The notes under the pieces are model-generated. The model had not been told where the DNA came from. It saw only the letters and a program-made list of their open reading frames with translations, and made no database searches. Made by a program: the position numbers and the translations under genes. Shown piece after piece: positions 53,601-64,000 of a DNA stretch of 64,000 nucleotides. The DNA lies in NCBI GenBank assembly GCA_030265395.1, contig JARFYF010000059.1:13611837-13675836 (forward strand), in the 5' to 3' direction. This stretch comes from Rhina ancylostomus. Taxonomy: Eukaryota. Numbering within the stretch: the stretch's first letter is position 1; each line of letters begins with the position of its first letter.

Positions 53601-55832
53601 CACCAAAACTGCAAAATGATTTTCTGTCAAAAAAATTATTTTAATACCTTGGTAGATTTAAAAAAAGACTATTTTGTAGAACTTCTAGATGTTCTCATCC
53701 CCGTGAGACAATATCAAGATTGTAATCACACATGTTTGTGTACAAGTACATTGATGTAATGCAAATTATGGAATTAACGTTACAACACGAGTAAAACAAT
53801 CTGTAAAAGCTTGACAAAGGGGGTCAAAACGCCGGATAACGAATGCTTGTAAATGGGAAATAAAACACGGAAGTACATCTTCATTGTGACCATGCGTAGT
53901 AATTAAATGCATGATCTATTATTTCATATAAGATTTTCGACAAATTCTAGATACTGCTGGATCTAAACTAGTAACTAGATAACATAAGACTGGCAACTTA
54001 ATTTTTTGACGAATCACCAAGCAACTGTAACTAGGCAACTTCACCACTAACCTAAAATATAGAAGCCTCTTACTAAAATCCTTTATCTAAACGTGGAATG
54101 CTGCCAAGATATACTGGATCCCCTTGTTACCATGTTTTTTTTTATCGTACAAAATGACTTTCAAATACTAGTTCCTACTCAATACCTACTCCTGACAAGA
54201 AGCGAAAAATCAGATGTAAAGGTGTTAGAACAATGCATTTTGCATCTTTGTCCAAACCCTTCAGCCTTTTTCATTTTAACAACATAAATCGTCAATAAAT
54301 GTTACTATTTTCAATACAGGCCAGAATTTTGAACACGAGATAAAAACCCCTCCAAATCAAGTTAACTATGGTTAGCTTTACTAAGATCCAACATGGATTT
54401 TTACATATCCATCAATCAACAAACACACAAGGTTTGTTATCAGGTCTATTTAATATCCCAATGAAATCAGAGTTAAATTCCTAATGCGTCTTGGAATTCA
54501 TAAAAAGATATTTCCACAAAAAAAAACAACTGATGAGCTTTTTCGCATTATTTTAAAATAATATCCCCATTTGACTTAGCTTCTATACTTCAATAGTTGT
54601 AGTGCATCTTCCAACAGTTCTGGCATGTCTTTGTATTTAAAAATATATAATAGGGATTAAAGACGCAAATTTAAAACATCTTTAAAGCATAATGTTTTTC
54701 AAAATAATTTATTAAACATTTTTTTAAATCACAGAATCATACACAACATGGTAATTAGATTTTGCTACACATCCTCCGACAAAGTACATGTTTCAAATGC
54801 CAAACGTGAGGTTTGATGCCGAGAATGGGATCCGCCATTTTACTCACGCTAGCACCACACGCTACGCTCAGTATCCCTATTTTATCATTTCCTTTTACAT
54901 CAATAGCACCACTGATTAAAACATAATAATTAAAGTTAGGAACAAACAGTATACACACTTGTAAGTAGCTTTCACAACGTAACCATGTTTTTGTACAATA
55001 AATTAAGTACAATTTCCAAATTTCAACCCTTCACTACACGACAAACAAATTCGAACCTTTAACTGCAATTTGGATCGCTGCTTCCTTTCTAGAAAATATA
55101 AATAAACTGCAAAATTCAACAGCTATACTTGAAAGATCAGAATTTCTCAGAGATACTGAAATACAATCGGAGCATGGTACCTAAAACTTCACATCAAATA
55201 GTTTTTTTTAATTAAACAATCTCAATGACATTTTGCACACATTTCCTGCTAACAGAAGTCTATCATGAGCCTGTAAGTTTTTTTTCCTCTGCCGCAGGGT
55301 CAAACAGCTTCTTCTGATCGCAGATAAGCGCCAGTTAGGACCTTTGCTATCACAAATGTGTTGTGTTGTGTTGTGCTCCCCTCCCCCAGTCCTGTTTCCC
55401 ACAGACAGCCCTGTCCTCCATTACAGCTCCCATGTGTCTAAAACAGTCAGATCTTCACATCCTTCCCTCTCATGGGGCTGGAGCTTCCCAAACTACTAAA
55501 AATTTCCAACATTAACTTGACTTTATTGAAAACTTTACGCCGTAAAACATAATATACAAGAATATAAAGAACATATACTAGATTCGATACCGATTTAACT
55601 AAGTCACGGGCTAGAATTTTAAAAAAGTCAAAACATGTTTGCGTCCCATTTCACTTTTTAAGTGCACGATCTTTCTTCTCGGTAGAGCGATGAAAAGCTG
55701 TCCGGTGACATTAGTGAGCACGTATAAGCAGATCGCCCCAAGACTGTAGCAATGCCACACAACAATAGGAATACTGTTGGGCCGCCTGTGACCCCCTTTA
55801 CTGGAGTGAAGGATGCGAACTTAACCAGCAGC

Positions 55833-55858
55833 GTGTGTGTGTGTGTGTGTGTGTGTGT
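55833..55858. repeat. (GT)13 microsatellite in intron 1, read as (CA)13 in the pre-mRNA
   Basis: Seen directly, about 140 nt downstream of the exon 1 donor. Confidence 0.95.
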
Positions 55859-55859
55859 C

Positions 55860-57120
55860 GATCTCACTCACACAGCTGCAGCAAGACGCCGGCACTTTCT
55901 CCGGTTTCAGTTTACCCCAAGCGACCTCGAGGCCGGGCCCACACAATATTACACCAAGGAGTGTTTACTTCATCATCTCGCCGTGCCAACTTACCGTTTA
56001 AAATGCTCGATAATCTTGTCTTCGCGGACATTTTCCGGCAAATTCCCCACCCAGAGGTGCCTGGTTTCTCGTACCATCCTTAGCGAGTCATAGGACTCCT
56101 TTTCAGTGTGTGGAAGTCCGGGATCGGGTTGGTTTCTGTCGGCGCCAGGCAGGGTTAATCCTTGAGGTACAATCCCACCATCAGGCTAACGCACACACTC
56201 ACTCTCGCCCGCGCCGCCCGACCTGACGCGGTTTTTTTTTCCTCGAGACGCTAACAGTCCGTCCCGAGACCCGACACCGAACAGCACCACGCATGCGCGG
56301 AATCCGCCACAGCAGGCGCGCAAGCGCCACGAAACCCCGGGTCGATTCAGCTCCACACGCCGCAACACGCACGCGTGGAGAAACCCTCGCCTTTCTCCCT
56401 CCCTCCCCCCCGCCCCCACTTCCCAGCGGAAAGAATGGCCATCAACAGCGCCTGCGCGGTACCGTCTCACCGTCGATGCTCCCCCTCCCCAGCAAAAACT
56501 GTGGAATCTACGCATGCGCGGAAAATGCAGCCGCCGTGTCCTAGGCAGAAGGGTCCACAACCGCCGCAGGAGCCGGGAGTGGGAGTACGCGTGCGCAGAC
56601 GGCGGCTGGGAGTGTTTGCTGCGCCAATGTGCCGAGTTGGTGTTGAGCTGACTCCAGTGACTGGGAGGAAAGTTCTGGAAAGGCTGCTGTCGGCGCAGGA
56701 GCACGATGAATAGAGAGGAATCTGAGAGCGCAATTCCAGGGATATCCACTATTTCATTTAAAGAATAGATCTGTTTAACCCGTGTATAAGTGCCTCCTTC
56801 GACTAATACTAAATTTTGGATGTTCTGAACGAAATGGGAAGATTTTAGATGGCTTGAACGCCGAAATGACCGATATGAGGAAATACAACCTTCAAAAAAA
56901 AGCTTGTTACCAGTAGCTTTATCAGAAAACTGCTGTGTGTTCGTGGGGTTTATCTTACAGGAATATCGTCCATTCTCAGTCCTTTGTCCCTGTCTTTGCT
57001 TCCCCTCCCCCTTTTCTTTTTCCACTCGGGCGCCATTTTAAGGCGATGGAAAGTTCTGGAGAGTCCGCCATTTTGTGGCAGCCAGTACTCTGCCTTAACA
57101 GGGAGTGCAGCGCATAGACA
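55860..57120. promoter_or_regulatory. CpG-island promoter of SPEN
   Basis: GC- and CpG-dense stretch over exon 1. NRF1-like GCATGCGC at ~56291 and ~56512, GCGTGCGCA at ~56589, GC box CCCCGCCCC at ~56408, YY1 CGCCATTTT at ~57031 and ~57066. Confidence 0.85.
55995..56077 (-). CDS. SPEN: SPEN coding exon 1 (83 nt; MVRETRHLWVGNLPENVREDKIIEHFKR, start of RRM1)
   Basis: Manual translation of the reverse complement matches the vertebrate SPEN N-terminus. ATG is in strong context (aagGATGg) and the donor is CG|GTAAGT, phase 2. Too short for the ORF track. Confidence 0.97.
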
Positions 57121-59349
57121 CTGCTGGAATACCAGAGATGTAGACTACTTTGTGGCTTAAAATAGTGGAATAACAAGCACTTATGCCCTATGCGATCTTA
57201 AAGTGTGATCTTTCTTGGAAGATGCTATTTCGTTTAGTCATAGCACTAAATAAAACTGGCTTTGCGTCCAACCTATACAGATCAACTGTTTACGAGATCG
57301 CTAAAATTAGGATATGTTAAATTTATATCGGGTTGGAGAGAAGGAAAGAATTCTCTGGGGAAAGGACAACAGTTTGGGTAGTGATACCACAATACAGTAA
57401 GTGTTTCAGAAAGGAGACCAATATAAATTTTTTTATTAAATTTTGTATTTAAGCATTACGTCACCATTCAAACATACATTTACAAACATAAGTACTGACA
57501 TAGCCTGATGGGTCACATGCTTCTCACGCTCTTGCTGTAAATTTGAGACTCAAAATCACGAAGTTTTTCAGAATTTTTATTTGGGAGGGGGATTAAAGTT
57601 GGTTTTCTGGCGAGCAACTGTTACGGGGTTACGTTTTCAAATGCTGATTGAAATTGCTAACTGTGATTTGTATCCAATTTATGTGACAAATTAAAGTAAC
57701 GAAAATGATGCAATAACCACATTTTGGGGATTTCAAAAGCCTGCTATTTCAGCAGGTCCATTTCTATGGAAAAAGGTTTTAATTATATGATGTGTTTTGA
57801 TAGGTTGGAAATTGGCTGCATATCGCAAAGTTGAACCTGAAATGGATATTGGTTGTAAAAAGTTTAATGTTTTACCTATGGATTTCCTAATGAAGGATTA
57901 AGCTTGCAGTTCTTTTATGTTGGCCCTAGGTTTGAAAATCTATGGTGCAAGATACCAAGGCGGGAAGGGCAGGCTCAAAGTAGATGACTCATAAGGTTGG
58001 CTTTTCAAAGGCTGCAATTATGTACTGAGTTATGCAATCGGCACACAAACTATATTCTGAAGATTGCCTTTTGTCTCATGACATACGTACATTCAGTGGT
58101 AATATAAAAGCTGAACTGATAAGGAGGGGTAATATCCTAATTATCGAAGAACTTTGAATTTAATGTGTTCTGTTTATTCGTTGCTAATCAACAATAACTG
58201 AGAAACTGTTAAAAATGGAGGATCTTAATCTAACTAATTTTCTGCATTGTATCCAGTGTACCTGACACTGGTCTTTGTTTTAGTCGCAAGTATTTTTAGA
58301 AAGCGCCCTTTTGAGGCCACCTGCAAAGACCATAGGGAAGACTGCATTATTTTTGAAATGTGTTTTTCTCTAAATTATCTGTGGTAGACCTGGTTGGACA
58401 TGGAAATAGAAAACCATTCTTGTGTGCAAAGGCATATATTTTGAGAGCCAAATAAATACAGGTTTGCATTAAAGCCATTTAAACATTTTTAACCAGATTT
58501 TCAGGTATTAAGAGGATCGGAGGATTTGACATTCGTGCAGGAAAGTGGTGTAGATATATAAGATCAGCCATGATCTTACTGAATTCTGGAGTAGATAGGA
58601 GGGCCCAAATGGCTTACCCTGCTTCTGTTTCCTATTTGTGAAGGCTGGCAATAATTTGTAAAATGAGCACTTCCTTTAAAATACATCACAAAACAAAATT
58701 GTGAAAGCATTTTGTGGAGTTGCCTGTGTATGGCTTGCATTTTGCTTTATTATTGATGGTGATAACCTAAATTACCCCTCTAGCCTTCACATGCCTATAG
58801 TCTTGCATATTTTGGTTAACCTATGTTCTCTTCAAACTGTATTTTATCCTTTTTGTTTGTAAATTATCCTTCAAAACAAAAATAGCTTATGCATATTGCA
58901 ACAAAAGCTGGTCTATATAGAGGCCTTTGGATTGCATTCTGCAGATTAAGCCAGTCGTAAACAGAACTGCAGTTTAGCTTCATGTTCCATTATGTGTGTA
59001 TTTAGTGATGTTTTGTAACGAATCCAGTAATCGCTTCCCAGCAACTATTTTTGTGGTTTCCCAGCAACTACCTTTTTGTGTTGTGGAAACCATGTGCCTT
59101 CTTTCTAAACTGGCTTTGTTTGCTGTTCATTGGTTTTACTCCACGTGTAAACATGTACAGTTGCAACACTTTTTGTTGCATTGTATTTTGCATAACATTG
59201 GAAATCTTTGAAGGTTTCCTTTTGAATATCATTGAAGTTCCCAAGACATCTGTATGATCTCAAAATGGGTCACATTGCTTCAAGTGGCTTGATATCAGAC
59301 TGTTCTGTCTGGGTGCATAATTTTTATTAAGAATTCTAAGTTTCTATTA

Positions 59350-59660
59350 CAAGAACACATAATAGGAGCAGAAGTACATCCCTTAAGCCTGACCCATGTC
59401 TCAACTGTGCCAGTTCCATACAGCTCTCAATTGTGCAATGCTTCAAAAATGTATCCAACTCCCAATGTTCTAGCCTCCATAAACTTCCAAGGTACAGAAT
59501 TCCAGAGATTCACCTACACTGGTGAATCAAAGTTCCTATGCGTCTCAGTTTTAAATGACTGTCCCCTTTTTAACTCTTTGCCCTCTTACTAGACTCTTCC
59601 AATAGAGGAAACATCTCATAACCTACCTTGTCATATTCCCTTAGGATCTCAGTAAGATGG
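59350..59660 (-). mobile_element. CR1 3' fragment
   Basis: Collinear with 21705-22080 (aataggagcagaagta, acagaattccagagattcacc, ggaaacatc). Confidence 0.7.
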
Positions 59661-60894
59661 AAAATATTCCTTGTTTTTTAAGAAATCATTAATTTCTAAT
59701 TTCACTGATGGATATGTTTTCCAAATGCATTGAGCTACTTAATTAACTGAAACAATAGGTCTTTAACCAAATATCCTTTCCATGCTAATTTGGGGAAAAT
59801 AGAAAAAGAGAATGGTAAAGCTAACACAGAACCATGTGGATTATGTCACTAACTAGGTTCTTCTATATGTAAAAACAGCACTAAATAGGGGGAAAATATT
59901 CAACATGATGAACAGCATTTGTGCAGAAAAACATTTCACATCAATGTCCAGTCATTACTGTAGTTCTAAAATAGTAGCCTATTTTTGTCCAAATGCTGCT
60001 TAACCTGAATATTTGCATTTTTCTGATAGTGACAGTTTGTCATTTGATTTTCAAAATACAATGCAAAATAGTCTCTAAATAGCAGCCTCTAGTACGTCAC
60101 TAGCAGCCAGATAAGCTAACTTCCATATAGTGAATGTCTTTATCCTTTCTCTACTTGTTTTATACATGTTCAAGTTTCGGAATTACTCCATACATTCTCA
60201 CTACTTGATCTGGTGGCATGTGAAATTTATGAAACTCATTTTATCCACGTGAAAATGAATACACAAGGAATTTACAAAATCCAGGGAAGCATTTTTAGCA
60301 TTTGTTTCCTTAAAATTGTCAGATTTTCTTAAGGTCCTGATGTTCTACTGGCAATTCTTAAAATATCCATTCTATTAAGTGTCAGTGTGCTATTCAATTC
60401 TAAAATGTTTCATGATTGAATTAATCTGGATATCCATATGCATGTGCTTTCCAGCTCAATTCATTGTCTAGCATACTGAAATTCATGCGGATTTTCTTTT
60501 TGCCCTAATTCAAGAATGCTGCAGCTAACTAGTGACTCAACTATTGCCTTGATTTCTAAATGTCGCCTTCATCTTTTGAACCTAGTATCATTGTGTTTTC
60601 AAAAATGTGCATGCTATTTGATATTGCAGTATTTTTAACTTAAATTGATATCTATTTGTGCCTATTTTCATCCAAGGATCTCACAAAAGGAAAAAGTCTG
60701 CGACCCTACATCTATATTAACACTAAGTTCTTCACCTAACCATGAAAATACTGGCTTATTTTTGTAAAGAAAAATTCTGGTTTACTGATATCCTTCAGGG
60801 AAGGAAATCTGTCTTTACCTAGTCTAGTGCATGTGTGACTCCAGACCCACTGATGTGGTTGACTCCTAACTATATCCTCAATTACAAAGAAGAA

Positions 60895-61775
60895 TTAGAG
60901 TAGGAATAGACCACCTGGCCCTTAACACCTGCTCTGCCATTTCAATGATCCTCTGATCCTCTATACCATATTCCTGCTGTTTCCTGATGTCGTTTAAGCC
61001 TGGAAATCTGCCTGCCTCCTTTTAAATATATTCTGCAATTTGGTTTCCACCTTCCTCTGGTAAGGAATTACACAGTTTACCTCCCTCTTGAATGGGGATA
61101 AAAAAATCTCATCTCAGTGCTAAATGTACCATTTGAACCTGTGNNNNNNNNNNNNNNNNNNNNNNNNNNNNNNNNNNNNNNNNNNNNNNNNNNNNNNNNN
61201 NNNNNNNNNNNNNNNNNNNNNNNNNNNNNNNNNNNNNNNNNNNCAGTGCTAAATGTACCATTTGCACCTGTGGCCCCTGATTCCAGTGTCCTTTCTCCTC
61301 GTGCACCCCGTCCCCCCCCCCCCCACCAAGCTGCCTGGGGAAGGTAACCCATTCTGCATCCAAGCTGTTGAGCCCTGAGAATTTTTTGTACATTGTCAAT
61401 TTAATCTCTTATTCTTCTAAACTTCTGTGAATTCAGATCTAATCTCTTCTGAAAGGACAGTTGTGCTATCCCAGAAATCCCTGTATGGCAATTATATCCT
61501 TGCCAAAACTGCATACAGTACTCCAGATATTGTCTTACCAAGGTCTTATATAATCTTAGTAAGACATGCTTGCTCCTCTACTCAAAGCCTCTTGTAATCA
61601 AAACCAAAATATTACTTGGCACCCTAAATGCTTACTGCACTTGCATGTTTGCTTTTGGTGACTGATGTATAGACACTCGGATCCCTTTGTACATCAATTT
61701 ATTGTCATTTAAATAATCTGCCTTTCTGTTTTTCTTGCTAAAGTTGATAATTTCACATTCATCCATGTTGTGCTA
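60895..61775 (-). mobile_element. CR1 fragment containing a 100-N gap
   Basis: Collinear with 21705-22410 (aaaactgcatacagtactccagatattgtcttaccaaggtcttatat). Confidence 0.75.
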
Positions 61776-62779
61776 CAGGGACAATTTCTAATAGCTGTGA
61801 CGTTTTCCACTCCCCAACCTGTCCTGAAGAAACACAAAAAACAGTACAATGCAATCCACTTAGATATGGGGCCTTCTCAAAAATACATGCTTTTCTGCAA
61901 TAAATTGTGCTTGTTTATGTGATTGGCTTGTAAACCATCCCTTTGCAATGGTAGTCTCAATGGGAATTTCCATCGGAATCTTACAAAGTATTAGGTAATA
62001 TTGGCCTCTATCTGAGATAGTAGTATTAATTTGCTTTGCTGCTGTGTTGCAATGAAATTGGCCAAGATTTTGGAGGACTGGTACAAGACACCCGTGACTT
62101 AAACTCAAAAATACATTTAGCACTCTTTAATATTCAATAAGCATCAGTTTTGAAGTGTAACGCTTAATGTTAAGATGCTTATCTTTGTATCAAACTAAAT
62201 TATTCTGATTTGTTTGGGGTACTCAAAATATGCCTTGTGCTGTTTTTATGTATGATGTTGATGGTATGCAGTTCTGAGTGACCAAATTCATTCAATGTGG
62301 AAATTATTGTTACTGAGCATAGTAACATCTACATAGGTTTCATTTTCAGAATAGTGTGCTGATTTATTTCCCTTCCCAGGAGCCCTGAAGTCAACTGCAG
62401 TAACGTTCCCAAATGTGCAGAACCGGAACAGCCAAACCTTTTCTATTGTGGGAATTTAATCTTGCAGCTTCTATTATNNNNNNNNNNTCTATTATGCAGT
62501 ATGCTGCATGAGGAATAAGTTCATTCCAGTGTGTAATTACTTAATTTGTCAGCTGCATTTTATTTGGACACAATGTAAAACAGTCATCGTACTTTTTGCA
62601 GAAATGTAACTCTAACACAAACCTGGAAGTATGGATAGACTATAATTTACAGTATATTTTTAGGTTGTACTTTGAGGATGTTTTTCTTTGAAAGGAATTT
62701 ATTTTTCTATGTGCTTCCAGTTTGAGTGCAAGTGAGAAGTTATTTAAGTTTTTGGGTGGTCAATTATGGGATGTATTGC

Positions 62780-63330
62780 TCTGAAGGTGTCATTTAAGGC
62801 CCAAATGTATTTGCCTTTGAAATGGGGAGCTGCCATCTTGAATTGTTATGGTCCCTTTGGTGATGGTCTTATTGTATCTCCAAAGAATAGTGGTGTGTAA
62901 CTTCGAGATGGTGATAATCTCATGTCCCTCTTCACCTTGTTCTTGGTGGGACAAGTTGTGGCTTTGGCAGTTATGTTTGGATTTGCCTACATGAGTAACT
63001 GTAGTGCATTTTGATTTTATTATGTGATCCACTGTAGCTGTGCGGTGCTGGTAGTTGGGGAAGTGAATATTTAAGGTGTGGATAAGATGTCACATGAGTG
63101 AGTTTCTTAGGACTGCATGCATCTGGGCAAGTGAAGAATATTCCATCCTACTGACATATTCCTTGAAGATAGTGAAAAGGATTTGTGGGGGAGGTTGTCA
63201 GGAGTATAGATACCCATTTGTTTTTGTAGCCGCAGCACTTGTGTAGTTTGTTCAGTTGCATTTCTTGTCATTGGTCTTCAGTATGTCGATGATGGGCCAT
63301 CATCTATATCTAAAATACAGTCATTGTTGT
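62780..63330 (-). mobile_element. Decayed LINE fragment (CR1/L2 group)
   Basis: Resembles the reverse complement of 6130-6500 and the 8190-8380 tail (gcagcacttgtgtagtttgttcagtt, gggaagtgaatatt). Confidence 0.5.
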
Positions 63331-64000
63331 AAGGAAATACACAACTTGTGTGAAAAATTTAGTAACAGCACAAGTCAGTGTTTGGTCTCTTGAGTTCCCT
63401 CTTGACTCTCTCTTACCCTCCTCAAGGCTGGAATCCATTTTCACAGCAACTCAGTTCCAACACATTCTCCATGTACAAATTCATGTAATGCAAAGTGATG
63501 GCAGGATATCCCGTTACTTGGGCCACACAGCCAAGTCCAATATTGCACTTGGCAATTATAATGGTATCCAGCAGCTGGAATTGCTGGTAGGCATTTAGCA
63601 TTACTAATTTTTTTTTCTTTTCATCCTAGTTCTTTTGCCACCCGGTCTTTGATTAACCCACTTGGCATAAATCAGGGATTGAATTTGGTCTGTATTATCC
63701 CAATAGTGTATACTGATTTACTTTGCTGTGATGCAGTGAAACAGATATATTTCATATTGAGTCAAGATGGCGTGGCTGCTGCTGCTTTTAAAGTCTTTTG
63801 TTATCAAGTGACATGATTAGTTTTCCTTACAACAATGACTGTATTTTAATATTATTTCATTGACTGTGAGGTACTCTCAGACATTCTAAAGGAAACTTGA
63901 TCCAGGTTTTCAAAGTTAAAAAGTTTCTGAATCAGCATTACCTTCTGCTGTCAAAGATGGCCTATCAACATGGGAAATTAACCTGATCAGGTGTCAAATC

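Larger units (their letters stand above)
1..56300 (-). other. SPEN: SPEN transcription unit, 5' portion (introns about 11.8, 2.3, 37.3 and 2.8 kb); continues off the left edge
   Basis: Five collinear exons with compatible phases. The TSS is not determined, so the upper bound is approximate. Confidence 0.92.
4417..62487. other. Assembly gaps: 4417-4516, 5087-5096, 7339-7348, 15481-15509, 17094-17103, 27372-27436, 32937-32946, 41736-41773, 52117-52134, 61144-61243, 62478-62487
   Basis: N runs, several exactly 10 or 100 long and some with duplicated flanks, as expected of a short- or linked-read draft. Confidence 0.95.

Noticed and set aside
634-56077. Calling the locus a SPEN pseudogene
   Set aside because: Exons 1, 2, 4 and 5, the splice sites, the phases and the CpG promoter are all intact. 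The only lesion is one small cluster of suspect bases.
56186-57025. 279-aa minus-strand ORF, plus overlapping + strand ORFs, across the promoter
   Set aside because: Low-complexity and Arg/Gly/Ser-rich with no recognisable domain; stop-codon depletion in a CpG island explains it.
1-64000. CRISPR arrays, tRNA/rRNA genes, prokaryote-type operons, intact autonomous transposons
   Set aside because: None seen. tRNA-like heads belong to SINEs, and all RT fragments are frameshifted.

Overview
Eukaryotic (vertebrate) DNA, AT-rich and repeat-rich, with short N gaps. The repeats (HE1/V-SINEs, Deu-domain SINEs, CR1/L2/Rex1/RTE LINEs, Penelope-derived repeats) point to a cartilaginous fish, probably a batoid (inference). 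The window holds the 5' part of one minus-strand gene, SPEN (SHARP/MINT): a CpG-island promoter (~56.1-57.1 kb) and coding exons 1-5 (56077-55995, 44161-43841, 41574-41104, 3755-3595, 834-634; RRM1, Arg/Ser-rich linker, RRM2). All splice sites are GT-AG and the phases match. The gene continues beyond the left edge. Main oddities: an in-frame TAA in exon 3 (most likely a consensus error), a short TE-free mRNA-like intron 2, two small uORFs just before the start codon, a second CpG-retaining island in intron 1, a promoter/enhancer-like island and a long hairpin in intron 3, and a strand-skew flip at the promoter that suggests divergent transcription. I found no convincing new multi-gene system. 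The best lead is post-transcriptional control of SPEN through intron 2. All motif and repeat calls were made by eye, and TE boundaries are approximate.
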